A DNA stretch of 64,000 nucleotides from Octopus vulgaris (lineage: Eukaryota): NCBI GenBank assembly GCA_951406725.2, contig OX597814.1, positions 6,448,001 through 6,512,000 of the forward strand. The letters run 5' to 3'. The position numbers were made by a program, and so were the translations under genes. Positions 1 through 12,416 of this stretch are shown here, one piece after another (positions within the stretch are counted from its first letter, which is position 1; every line of letters starts with the position of its first letter). The notes under the pieces were generated by a model, which was given only the letters and a program-made list of their open reading frames with translations, was not told the origin of the DNA and searched no databases.

Positions 1-30
1 ACACACACACACATATATATACATGTACAT

Positions 31-417
31 ATATACGACGGGCTTCTTTCAGTTTCCGGACTACTTTGTTGGATCAAGAGTGACTTGAGACTAAACAACA
101 ACTGAAAGAAGCTCGTCGTATATCATCATCATCATCATCATCATCGTTTAACGTCCGTTCTCCATGCTAGCATGGGTTGGACGGTTCGACCGGGGATCTG
201 GGAAGCCAGAAGGCTGCACCAGGCTCCAGTCTGATCTGGCAGTGTTTCTACAGCTGGATGCCCTTCCTAACGCCATGCCCTTCCTAACTCACAAGGCTTT
301 GGTAGGCACGATGCTATAGTAGAAGACACTTGCCCAAGGTGCCACGCAGTGGGTCTGAACCCGGAACCATGTGGTTGGTAAGCAAGTTACTTACCACACG
401 GCCACTCCTGCGCCTAT
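31..417 (-). mobile_element. SINE family A head, interrupted by a family C fragment (122-286)
   Basis: 287-417 is the reverse complement of the family A head at 5896; 122-286 matches the C-element tail. Confidence 0.85.
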
Positions 418-595
418 AGTTTGTTTTTTATATAAAGAATTTCCCATCTCTACTCCCTCTTCTTTTACTCTCTCTCTTTCTCTCTCTCTCTCTCATTCTC
501 CTGCTTCATTCACTGGCTCCCTCACTCTCTCCCTCATCATTTTACTTGCTCTGTCTCCATCTATCACACACACACACACACACACACACACAGCG

Positions 596-805
596 TATAC
601 TCTTTTACTTGTTTCAGTCATTTGACTGCGGCCATGCTGGAGCACCGCCTTTTAGTCGAGCAAATCGACCCCGGGACTTATTCTTTGTAAGCCCAGTACT
701 TATTCTATCGGTCTCTCTTGCCGAACCGCTAAGTGACGGGGACGTAAACACACCAGCATCGGTTGTCAAGCAATGCTAGAGGGACAAACACAGACACACA
801 CACAA

Positions 806-862
<57 letters not shown>

Positions 863-1196
863 AGGCGCATGGCTCAGTGGTTAGAGCGTCGAGCTTACGA
901 TCGTGAGGTTGAGAGCTCGAATCCCGGACGGGCTGCGTGTTGTGTTCTTGAGCAAGGCACTTCATTTCACGTTGCTCCAGTTCACTCAGCTGTAGAAATG
1001 AGTTTGCGACGTCACAGGTGCCAAGCTGCCGACCTTTGTCTTTCCCTTGGATAACACTGGTGGCGTGGAGAGGGAGGCTGGTATGCATGGGCGACTGCTG
1101 GTCTTCCATAAACAACCTTGCCCGGACTTGTGTCTAGGAGGGTAACTTTCTAGGTGCAATCCCATGGTCATTCATGACCGAAGGGGGTCTTTACCC

Positions 1197-1236
<40 letters not shown>

Positions 1237-1400
1237 GACAGGCTTCTTTCAGTTTCCGTCTACCAAATCCACTCACAAGGCTTTGGTCTGCCCGAGGCTA
1301 TAGCAGAAGACACTTGCCCAAGATGTCACGCAGTGGGACTGAACCCGGAACCATGTGGTTGGTTAGCAAGCTACTTACCACACAGCCACTCCTGTGCCTA
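596..1400 (-). mobile_element. Full-length SINE family A split by a SINE E insertion in its internal (TA)n
   Basis: Tail 596-858 and head 1235-1400 are reverse complements of 5896-6309. Confidence 0.9.
859..1200 (+). mobile_element. tRNA-derived SINE family E
   Basis: A box tggctcagtgg, B-box-like gctcgaatccc, then gtgttcttgagcaaggcact...cagctgtagaaatgag. Homologous copies at 24984 and 44862. Confidence 0.9.
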
Positions 1401-3384
1401 TGGCAATGATTTTGCTATTTTTGTTTTGTTAAGTCAGTAAATGCAGAGATTTCTGTGAGACAGCATTAACACCACCACCTCCAGCCAGAGGTGGTCCTGT
1501 GGTTATAGGTTTGGTAGTTAAGGCTTATCTCTCTCTCTCTCTCTCTCTCTTATTTCAATTCCTGTTTAATATATTTCAATTCCCGTTTAAAACACTTTTC
1601 TTTTTAAACTATTGAATAAGTTAACTAAAACGTGAGAAATACAATCAGAATTTTATAACTGAATTTATCATAAGTTCTCTGTTTTGTAAACGACAACAGA
1701 AATAAAATGCAAGTTTGGAATTTTATAAAATTTAATTCTATATTTTTAACGTTAGCATTGTTTATCGTTGGCAAACCATCAAATATGGACAAGAAACAAA
1801 AGGAAAAGATATTGCCTTTGGCCACCACTAAACCAGTTTTTGTCAAACCCTAAACCTGGTTCTCTCCTTGATTACATTACACTGCATTTATACAGTAAAA
1901 TCTCTGGGTTAAAGCAGTAGCAGCAGCAGTAGTAGTAGCAGCAGCATGTACAGTATTAGTTGTAATATCAAATCGATCGTCTACCCTGATGTGATTATAT
2001 AAACTGCTTAATTATAATTTTAGTCTTAATTGGCCTTCATTGATTTTATTGCAAACTTTTAAGTTTCCTAAAAACTTCTCTTTTTCTCGGAGTATTGCTG
2101 TTGTTTTTATAACTTTTTTCTTTTTTAATTAACTAATAATTGATTTTAGTTTTAAAATACTAAACTCATTAAATCTTTGTGAGGAAGCAGAGATGCTCAA
2201 ACATCTGATAAGATGTTTATAGTACTTAGTTCCATCTGGTTACATCCTTTTAAACCTCACCAGTGCTGTCTTTGATTCCTTATTAACAGATACAGTCTTT
2301 CTATAGAAATTTCAGGATTTCTGCCAATGTCAGAAGTCATCAACTTTCCTTTGGTAAAGGTATCAAACAATTTTAATTAAAAGAGATTATACAACTTGTT
2401 ATATTTTAGTCCAGTTAAAGTTGCCTGAATTTCTAGAATTTTTGGTAATTTTTGGATACAGCCTCAGGTTAGGTGTGATCCAGCTGAGGCATTCCAGCCA
2501 TGACCCACTATTAAAATGGTATATATGCCATTTTATATACTTAAAATCATGTCAGACCTATGTAGATATTAACAGAACATTATTATATTGTATGGTTGAA
2601 GTTCTTACTGTGGAGAATATAAACTACTATTTTAATATTTCTGTTTCATCATAACTCTTCCTTTTTGGGCCATTCTTGGATGGTGCCATTAACATATCAG
2701 TTCATCTATGGCAAGGCATTTGTTAAATCGTGATTTAAAATTTCTTTAATTCTAAAAGGATGGTGTCTCGCAACCTTTCTCATGGCACAACATAAAAGGA
2801 GAGTGGGAGGGAACCCAGTAGATGACTGGTATTTTATTATTTGATCCCAGAAAGATGAGAGGGCAAAGTTGATGTTGATGGAATTTGAATTTGGAGAACA
2901 GGAAACTGGGGCAAATACCTGCAGGTATTCTGTTTGATTCTGGCTTTCAAACCTTTCTCTTGTGTTGCTGCCCAAAACGGTTTTAAATTCTCTGGTGATT
3001 CATAGTGATTCATAGAAAAGCACGCAAAAACATTTATTTGTAAAGTGTCAAGTAAACCTAGACAAGTATCTAACTTGCAACAACTGGGGGGGAAGTATAT
3101 AGAGTGTGGTTGAGTGTTGGTGTTTTCAACATAACACCCAGGTAAAGTTGAAGAATGAACTGAGAGAAGAAGCAGCAGCTGGGTGTTAAAAGTACCGGCA
3201 GACTGATGAGTCGGGTAATAGGGATAGGTGTGTGTAATGTAAATAGATAAATGTTGATTTAGTAACGATGGTAGGATGGTACAAGAAAGACTTGATGCAG
3301 AATTAGAATGTGGTTTTAGAGCAGCTTTGTGAAAATTCCAGGTGAAAGTAAACAAGGTAGAACAAAAAAGAATATATGAATTTG

Positions 3385-3760
3385 AATGGTAAGAAGCTTG
3401 CTTCCCAAGCACATGGTTCAGGGTTCAGTCCCACTGTTTGACAACTTGAGCAAGTGTCTTCTACTATGGTCTCTGACCAACCAGAACCTTGTGAGTGGAT
3501 TTGGTGGATAGAAACTGAAAGAAGCCTACCATGTATATGTTTATGTGTATCTTTGTGTCTGTGTTTGTCTCCTACTACCACTTGACAACGGATGTTGGTG
3601 TGTTTACATCCCCATAACTTAGTGGTTCAGCATAAGAGACTGACAGAATAAGTGCCAGGCTTAGAACAACAAGTATTGGGGTCAACTCATTTGACTAAAA
3701 GTTCTTCAAGGTGATGCCCCAGCATGGCCATGCTCTATTGACTGAAACATGTAGAAGATT
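3385..3760 (+). mobile_element. Diverged SINE family A
   Basis: Collinear similarity to 5896-6309. Confidence 0.8.
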
Positions 3761-5895
3761 AAATATTATAATATTAATAATCCTTTCTACTATTGGCACA
3801 AGGTCTGAAATGTTTTGGGGGTGGAGACAGGGCTGGTTGGTTACACTGACCCCAGTGCTTGACTTATTCTTGTTTCATTGACCCCTAAAGCATAAAAGGC
3901 AAATCTGACCTTGGTAGAATTTGAACACAGAACATAACAGACTGAATGAAATGCCACCAAGCATTTTGTCCAGTGCAATAACAATTATGCTGGCTCAGCA
4001 TCTTAAAATGATGATGCAGAGTAGTTAATCATCTTTTTTCATCTTCATCATTTAATGTCCACTTTCCTTGTTTGTATGGGTTGAGTGGTTTGACATGAAG
4101 CTGACAAGTTAGGCTCCAATTGTCTGTCTTGGCCTGGGTTTCTGTGGTTGGATGCCCTTCTTAATGCCAATCACCATACAGAGTGGACTGGGGGCTTTGG
4201 TCTTCCAAATTCTAGTGTTTATGACTATTTCTTCAGAACCACTTAATGTGTTTTCTAAATTATTTTACACTATTTTGTTTCCTGTGGTCTTGGTTCAAAT
4301 CCCACTGGAGGCCTAGTTATTCCATAAAAGAATTACCAGTCAGGTACTGAGACTCACTATATTGATGACCCTGCTCCACCACCAAAAAAAAAATAAGGGT
4401 CTCCTGTTAAAATTAAAGTTTGACTAAATGTCTTGTATATAATTACATTCTAATGCTCCATTATTTCGGTTGATAAAATGAGTACCAGTGATGCACTGGT
4501 GTCTATCTACTTGACCACACTCATTTGTAGCCGTGTACCAACATTAGAAATTATTTTCTGGTATACAACAACTGTGTTCTGTCTTGCCTCCCTAATTTCG
4601 TAGTTTGCTTTCAAATGTTTGTTTGTTTACCTTATGCTTCCATTATCATTAGCAGGGAAATATTTCACAACTTAATGTTTCTGCTACTTTAAATATTTTC
4701 TTCTGATATATAAAGCCATTCTGGACCTCTCTCCTCTCACATGTCCCTTCTCTTATGTCCATCTCTTATACATTCCCCACCTCTTGGCTGTCTGTTTCTC
4801 TCTAATACAGGCTCCTCTCATGCATCTGTGTTAGTGTGTGTCCCCTTTAGATGCTTCCTCTCCTTTTTGTCCGAATGAAAACAAAACCTTTACAATCCTG
4901 AAAGCAATGTGATTTATTGGATTCTAATAAATCTGTCAGTTGTAGAAGAAAAAATAATCACTGTTCAATAATTGTTTCTTTATTTCTGATTGGAAATCTA
5001 TTGATTGATATTTTTGTGTCAATAGATTGACCATAAAAGTATTCTGCTCTTTCCTAACTCCAAAGGCTTATCATTCATTGATCAAGTGTCCTTCCATTGT
5101 GAACCTGATTATCTCGAATCTGTTCTTCACTCTTGCTTACATTTACTAACTATATAACCTTGACACCAGAAACCTGTTCACTAACAGTTTCTTCCATTTG
5201 AAATCCATAAAAAAATATTAGACAACTGCCTCTCAAAATGTTTACAAAAATTAACCAAAGTTTCCTCAGAGACTTATAAAGATTTCTTAAATGCTTCCTA
5301 TTTATCTATGTTTTCTTGATAAACTGTATCTATTTCTAAGTTTCCTTTACAAATTGTGTGCACGTGTGTGTGTGTGTGTGTGGTTGAGTAGGCAAACAAT
5401 AGAAAAGGCCACTCAACTCACTTTGTACGAGTTACACATTATTTAAAACGGTTTGATTTGCTTCCATGCAACTTATGGTTTCGATGGCTTCTTACAGAAA
5501 TCTCGTCAGGTTACATAAAAGGCCTTCAGTGTTAAATCTTTTATATGACCTGGGTAGGCTTCCTCTACACGATGGGGTGCATTCGATTCCCTTGTGCCAT
5601 TCCCCACTAACTAGGGAACCGTCTAGAAGTGAACTGAAACAATCATTGTGCTTAATAAAGCTTCCGGTACATTCCTTCCTTCTGTATCAATCCTTTAAAA
5701 TATGCCAAACATGCACCGAGGAATTTCTTACATAGATCCTGCGATAAAAGCGCAGTTGCTGCATATGATGCCTGCAAGCCATAAATGGTGAATAGGCTCT
5801 GCATGCACCCTTCTAGAGACATACCTGAAACAAGGTTTGGCTGCCCCTTCTAAAACTTTAATTTTAAATATAACCTATTTTAAATATAACCTATA

Positions 5896-6309
5896 GGCGC
5901 AGGAGTGGCTGTGTGGCAAGTAGCTTGCTAACCAACCACATGGTTCCGGGTTCAGTCCCACTGCGTGGCATCTTGGGCAAGTGTCTTCTGCTATAGCCCC
6001 AGGCCGACCAATGCCTTGTGAGTGGATTTGGTAGACGGAAACTGAAAGAAGCCTGTCGTATATATGTATATATATATATAAGTGTGTGTGAATATGTTTG
6101 TGTGTCTGTGTTTGTCCCCCTAGCATTGCTTGACAACCAATGCTTGTGTGTTTACGTCCCCGTCACTTAGCGGTTTGGCAAAAGAGACCGATAGAATAAG
6201 TACTGGGCTTACAAACGAATAAGTCCCAGGGTCGAGTTGCTCGATTAAAGGCGGTGCTCCAGCATGGCCGCAGTCAAATGACTGAATCAAGTAAAAGAGT
6301 AAAAGAGTA
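5896..6309 (+). mobile_element. Full-length tRNA-derived SINE family A (reference copy in window)
   Basis: A box tggctgtgtgg, B box ggttcagtccc, internal (TA)/(TG) microsatellite, (GTAAAAGA)n tail. More than 10 copies or fragments in window. Confidence 0.92.
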
Positions 6310-8024
6310 TTTATATGTATATAAAATTTTCTTCTACAGAGTTTTACTGATTGCTTTGTCTATATCTCTCTTATTAAGATAAGGAATTTGATTTCTATCA
6401 TCGTCATCATTTACTTTGTCTTCCTTCTCCCTGTTGGTTTGGGCTGGACAAGATTTCTACAACTTGATGTCTTCTCTCTTTGCAACTGTTTCTTGTCTTC
6501 CATTGGTGTTTACCCGATGAAACCAGTGAAGCTGCCAAACTGCAGAACATTGGGAACCGTCAGCAGTTTCGTTCTTTTGTCCTCAGAGTCAGTCACTGTA
6601 AAGACACTGAAACAAATGTTTGAACACACACACACACACACACATGTAGTATGTACAACTCAGACCATGTACACACTTAGATATGCATAGCCTCTCTCTC
6701 TTTTTCACACACGCACACATACACACCAGACATATGCACATGTACAACTTAGACCGTGTACACACATATGCATAGCCTCATGCTACACACACACTTCCTC
6801 ATCATCAACTTGTGGCTGTGGAAAAAGATTCTTGCCCTATGTACTGTCCTGTGACTGAACCTGGGACCATGAGATTAAGAAGTGACTTTCACATCCCTTC
6901 ATCTACATCAGACTATAAAGCATTTAATGTAATTAAGCCAGTGTATCTTTAGTTATAATTAGTTGTTGGGTTATCCTTATATTGAATAATCAATTAGTAT
7001 ATGAATTAGTAAATGATTATCATCAATATCTGGTGGTACAATAGAAACTACAAAGATTTTAATTGTCATTAATTGATTGTAGAGTTTTACTCATCAAGTC
7101 TTTATTGTCTATTAATGAGAGACCTCCAGTCACGTATTCACTAGCATCTAGTTACACCTGCTGCAGGTGAAACAGTTGGATTGTTTTAAAATGATCAATT
7201 ATCTGAGATTTTGTTTCCAATCACCTTTACCCCCAAAATAAATACCAGTAATACATTTCTAGCAATTCCTTCACAAGGGCTTAGTCATTGCATCTATTTC
7301 AATGACGAAATACTTTGTTTTAAATTCCTTTAATACTGAATCTACATTTGGGGACAATACCTGGAAGCAAACTATATTATATTCCTTAGAGACATCAACT
7401 TTTAAATGGTGTTTTGCAAGGTTCCTACCCTAAGCCTTGGCTTCACACTTTCGTTTCACTTCAGTGACACAATGTATTCTGCTGTTCACTAATGGAGTAA
7501 CTTTAACTGCATCATTGAAACTAAAACATATTCTCTTATTACTGGTGGTTCATCATGAAAAGCTTCATGTTATTGTTGCCAAGGACACGTCAGCCTGACC
7601 TAGTCTATCTCTTTCCACTCCATTGGTAATGGCTAGATTTGCAGACATTATGCAAATGTCAAAACACATAACTTCAACAGTCTATTTCATTTATTTTTTA
7701 AACTTTTTTATGCTATGGCTTCCTCAGTTCATTTTACACTCTCCTTCTTGTTCTATATGTCTTTCTCTGGAAATAACGATAAACCCTTTCTTATTCTCCC
7801 CCCTCTCTCTCTCAATCCTTGTTGCAGTTATTTCTATTTTGACACCTCATGTCTCCATCCATATCAATAGTAACTTTCTAAGTGTTTTAGTCTTACAACA
7901 CTTTTACTAAATCTCCCTTTTCTACCTGTAGAACCATTGTTGGTCGCATCCGTTGAAATCCCTTGAATTTTCACAAGTAAGGATAACGTGCTCTAAATGA
8001 CCCAGGGTTAGAGACCCAGCAGGT

Positions 8025-8412
8025 GGGGGGAAGCACTCCATCGGTTACAGCGACGAGGGTTCCGGTTGATCTGAATCAACGGAACAGCCTGCTCGTGAAA
8101 TTAACGTGTAAGTGGCTGAGCACTCCACAGACACGTGTACCCTTAACGTAGTTCTCGGGGATATTCAGCGTGACACACAGAGTGACAAGGCCGGCCCCTT
8201 GAAATACAGGTACAACAGAAACAGGAAGTAAGAGTGAGAGAAAGTTGTGGTGAAAGAGTACAGCAGGGATCACCACCATTCCTGCCGGAGCCTCGTGGAG
8301 CTTTAGGTGTTTTCGCTCAATAAACACTCACAACGCGCGGTCTGGGAATCGAAACCGCGACCCTATGACCGCGAGTCCGCTGCCCTAACCATTGGGCCAT
8401 TGCGCCCCCACT
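8025..8412 (-). mobile_element. Full-length tRNA-derived SINE family D
   Basis: Near-identical reverse complement of 54999-55380; 12-bp TSD gacccagcaggt at 8013-8024 and 8413-8424. Confidence 0.93.
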
Positions 8413-9370
8413 GACCCAGCAGGTATAGTCAAAGGGCTTTGATGACCTATCTACATTTTGCCAGGTTATGGGCTGCAGTGGATGCTACAGGTGAGAACTG
8501 GGTGCCAAGTCGAGATAAATGGTAGACGATTAGATCTCAAAGGAATACAACTGATGCTTTGATCAGAAGTATTGTTCCTTCCAGAATACCTTATACTTCC
8601 CTCTTGACTTCCAACAACTACTTATCTGTGTATTCCACTTTGTGTTTCTGTTTTCTTTGAACTTCATGTTGTGGCAAAATCCAGTTGTTATTGTTCAGGT
8701 CTCATTCTGTTGAATTCCTACCATTACTTGTATAAACTAGTGATTGTATTTCACTGCCATTGTTGAGCCAATGAGAGAGCATGCTTGTGGTCATTCAACT
8801 TGCTAGAAATAGCAACTAAATACCCTGCTGTCTGAAATAAGGAAAGGACAGATTAGATAATGCCCACCTTCATACAACTCAAGAACATCAACTTATCCAA
8901 TCATTTTGAAAATGAGCTTTTCATATGTTTGCAGGATAAATGTTCCTTGCTTTGGTTGTGTTGTTTCTCGCTTTCTGTTATGCTCCAGGAATAAGGAATT
9001 AGCAGTGGATTATCTGAGAGAGGTGGAAGGGAAAGATTAACAGGGAGGTGGGAGAAGTGGTGCTGCAAAATGACAAGAAGCAGAAGCTCGGCTCGTACAA
9101 ATATGTAAAATAACCAACAGAAGACAAAATGAAACATGAAAGAAGATGGAGTGATGTTTAAATACAACACTCGATATTGATTATAGAAGTGAAGTAACAG
9201 GGAAACAATTGGACAGCAAAAATCTTGACGTGTTTGTTAAATGGAAACTTGGTATTGATGCAATGGCATTTGTGACAGTTTTCTAAATTAGCTTACTGGA
9301 TGTATGCTCCTACCACAGTCCAACGGATAAATATGTACATATACACCTATAAAACCACAGTTCACTGGAT

Positions 9371-9749
9371 ATCATCATCATCGTTTAACGTCCGTTCTCC
9401 ATGCTAGCATGGGTTGGACAGTTCGACCGGGGATCTGGGAAGCCAGAGGGCTGCACCAGGCTCCAGTCTTATCTGGCAATGTTTCTACAGCTGGATGCCC
9501 TTCCTAATGCCAACCACTCCGTGAGAGTAGTGGGTGCTTTTTACGTGCCACCTGCACTGGTGCCAGGCGAGGCTGGCATCGGCCACGGTTGGATTGGTGC
9601 ATTTTATGTGCCACCTGCACGGAAGCCAGTCGAGGCGGCACTGGCTTCGGCCACGATTCGGATGGTGCTTTTTATGTGCCACCGACACGGAAGCCAGTCG
9701 AGGCGGTGCTGGCATCGGCCACGATTCGGATAGTGCTTTTTACGTATCT

Positions 9750-9752
<3 letters not shown>
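9371..9752 (-). mobile_element. RTE-tail element family C with two 68-bp internal units
   Basis: (ATG)n tail, ggttggcattaggaagggcatccagctgtagaaac motif; same subfamily as 56611-57415. Confidence 0.9.
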
Positions 9753-9791
<39 letters not shown>

Positions 9792-10640
9792 AAACCCCCT
9801 CTACACTGATAGATCTAAATAACAAAGTGAACTCAGTGATGAAAAATCTACACATGGAGAAGGACATACTATCACCATGTTCTTAATGATGAAATTAACC
9901 TCTCAGTCTATACATCTACCCTCTTTGTAATAATGGCAAATGAAATAAGTATAAATATATGCATTGTCTGTTAAATTAAAAAATTCTATATGTGGCTGAA
10001 TATTGCCTGACATTTTAAAACTGATGTAATACTTAGTGTTTAATATAATGAAGTAGCATGAAACGATTGTACTACACTACCGTGGACATCCTTGTTGCTT
10101 ATTTTGATTATAATCACCTCATTTGATTTATATGAATAATACCATACCAAATTCTGGTGCCTTTAACTTAAGTACCATATTCATCTGAATCTAAATGTTG
10201 CTGAACTTATATATATATATACACACACACACACACTCCTACAACACTACAGTCTACTGGATGGAGACTCTTGAAATGCTACACTTTGCTGGACACTCCT
10301 ACAGCTTACTGGATGACCTCCTTATACTGCAGTCTACTGGATAAATACTAGTGTTACAGGAGTATTTATGTAACATAATGTGCAGCTAACTGGATACTCC
10401 TTTAGTAAAACAGTGGATAAATACTTTTTACGATGTTATGCGTTGCTGGAGGAATTTTCCTGAAATTACTCCTTACTGATAAATACTTCAATAGTTGGAT
10501 AAAATACTCCTATAATATCACATGATATGGATAAATACTCCTGTAATACTCCAGACTATGGTGTGAGTTGGTGAAGTGTTAGATCATTAGACACAAACTA
10601 GTTGTTCTATCTGCATTTTGAGTTCAAATTCTGCTCATAT

Positions 10641-10870
10641 CTATTTCTTTGCTGCCCACAAGGGGCTAAACACAGAAGGGACAAACAAGGACAGACAAAG
10701 GGATTAAGTCGATTACATTGACCCCACTGCGCAACTAGTACTTTATTTATCGACCCCGAAACGATGAAAGGCAAAGTCAACCTCGGCGGAATTTGAACTC
10801 AGAACATAACAGCAGATGAAATACAGCTAAGCATTTCGCCCGGCGTGCTACCGTTTCTGACAGCTCGCCG
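10641..10870 (-). mobile_element. SINE family B
   Basis: Reverse complement of 30699-30930. Confidence 0.9.
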
Positions 10871-11719
10871 CATGTAAGCATTTAACTGACAAGGGAGTGT
10901 CTGTAAGTTGGTGCAGAACGAATATCAACATTTTGAAAAGCACTGGTTTTCTTTCTTGTGTTCACACATACACAAGTCAGACTTTCACAGTTTCCACCTC
11001 CCAAATTCCACCTCACCAGGCATTGGTTAAGTGGTGCTGTGCTGTGAGATTGAAACCACAATCCTGTGCTTCCAAAATGAGCATTTTAAACACACAGCTC
11101 GGTCCTCCACCCCAATATTCCACAACAGATTTATTATGTTGGAGAAAATTTAATTATTTGTGGAAACAAGTATCTTTCGTCTGTTAAAAGTTAACTGTTT
11201 TAGTTTGCTGACTTTAATAACAATTGAACTTCTTCTCCTAAGGTCACCTGTTTTAAGGTCACCTTGTCTGTTAAATAACCTTACTATGACATAAAATATA
11301 TTGATTACTTTGGTGTAGAAACTGAATTCATTTCATTCACCTCAAATTGTTTCAATTCATTTATATTTACAACTTCTAATACAGATTTATTTAATCATCA
11401 TCATAATTTCACTATGTTTTCAATAATTTCTTTGAAATACCTGCAAATATTAATTGCTCCTATCACTAATTAGGCCATGTTTAATGCTACACCTTGAGTT
11501 TCTTGTTTGAAGTCTTTGCCTCATGCAAATGTCAGCTTGTTTTAATATTAATACTTTCCAAAAGTATACTCTGGCTAAATTAATGTTTTTCTCGTTATCT
11601 TCTTCTAATCTGTAAACTAATCAACAATTACGACTTAAAAATCTCCATTTTACCAAATACATCAAATTTGTACATTATCATCATCATCATCATCAACATC
11701 ATTTAATATCCACTTTGGA

Positions 11720-12110
11720 GAGGGTGTGGCTGTGGGGGTAAGAGGTTTGCTTCTCAACCACATGGTTTCAGGTTCAAGTCCCACTGTGTGGCACCTTGGG
11801 CAAGTGTTTTTCTACTATAGCCTTGAGCCAACCGATGCCTTGTGAGTGGACTTGGAAGATGGAATCTGAAAGAAGTGTGTGTGTGTGTGTGTGTGTGTGC
11901 ATCTTTGTACCCCCCCCCCCACTGCTTGACAACCAATGTTTGTGTGTTTACGACCCCATAACTTAGCAGTTTAACAAAAGAGACTGAGAGAATAAGTACC
12001 TGGCTTCAAAATAGAACAATTACTTGGGGTTTATTCATTTCACTTAAAAAGATTCTTCGAGGCAGTGCCCCAGCATGGCCACAATCCAACGACTGAAACA
12101 AGGAGAAAAA
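11720..12110 (+). mobile_element. Diverged SINE family A
   Basis: Collinear similarity to 5896-6309. Confidence 0.8.
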
Positions 12111-12416
12111 AATGCATTAAAAAAATTAGTCCAAGTGTTTTTTTTTTTCTTTTTTTGTTTGAGAATGGAATTTTATAACTTAATATTCCATTTTTTATAA
12201 TTTTCATTAATTTACATTCCAAAATATTATATTTATTATATGCTGTGAAGGAAAGCCCTGTTGGCTGTGCTGTAATATGTAGGGTCAAACTACTCTGTTT
12301 AACCTTCGACCTTCTTGATTAAGTACACACCCTTCCCCTCCTCCATCTTTCTCTGGAGCATGGACTTGATGCCCTTGTCTCACTATCTTACATGTTGCAA
12401 CAGCCAGTTCTGTTCC

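Noticed and set aside
859-935. tRNA genes (also near 5896, 30701, 55001)
   Set aside because: They have A/B boxes but continue into multi-copy SINE bodies, several with TSDs; I could not fold a complete cloverleaf.
3200-3240. Hammerhead at CTGATGAG
   Set aside because: No stem II/GAAA follows.
2837-3412. 191-aa ORF as a gene
   Set aside because: It starts inside a SINE and has no recognisable domain; at most a faint resemblance to a decayed LINE endonuclease.
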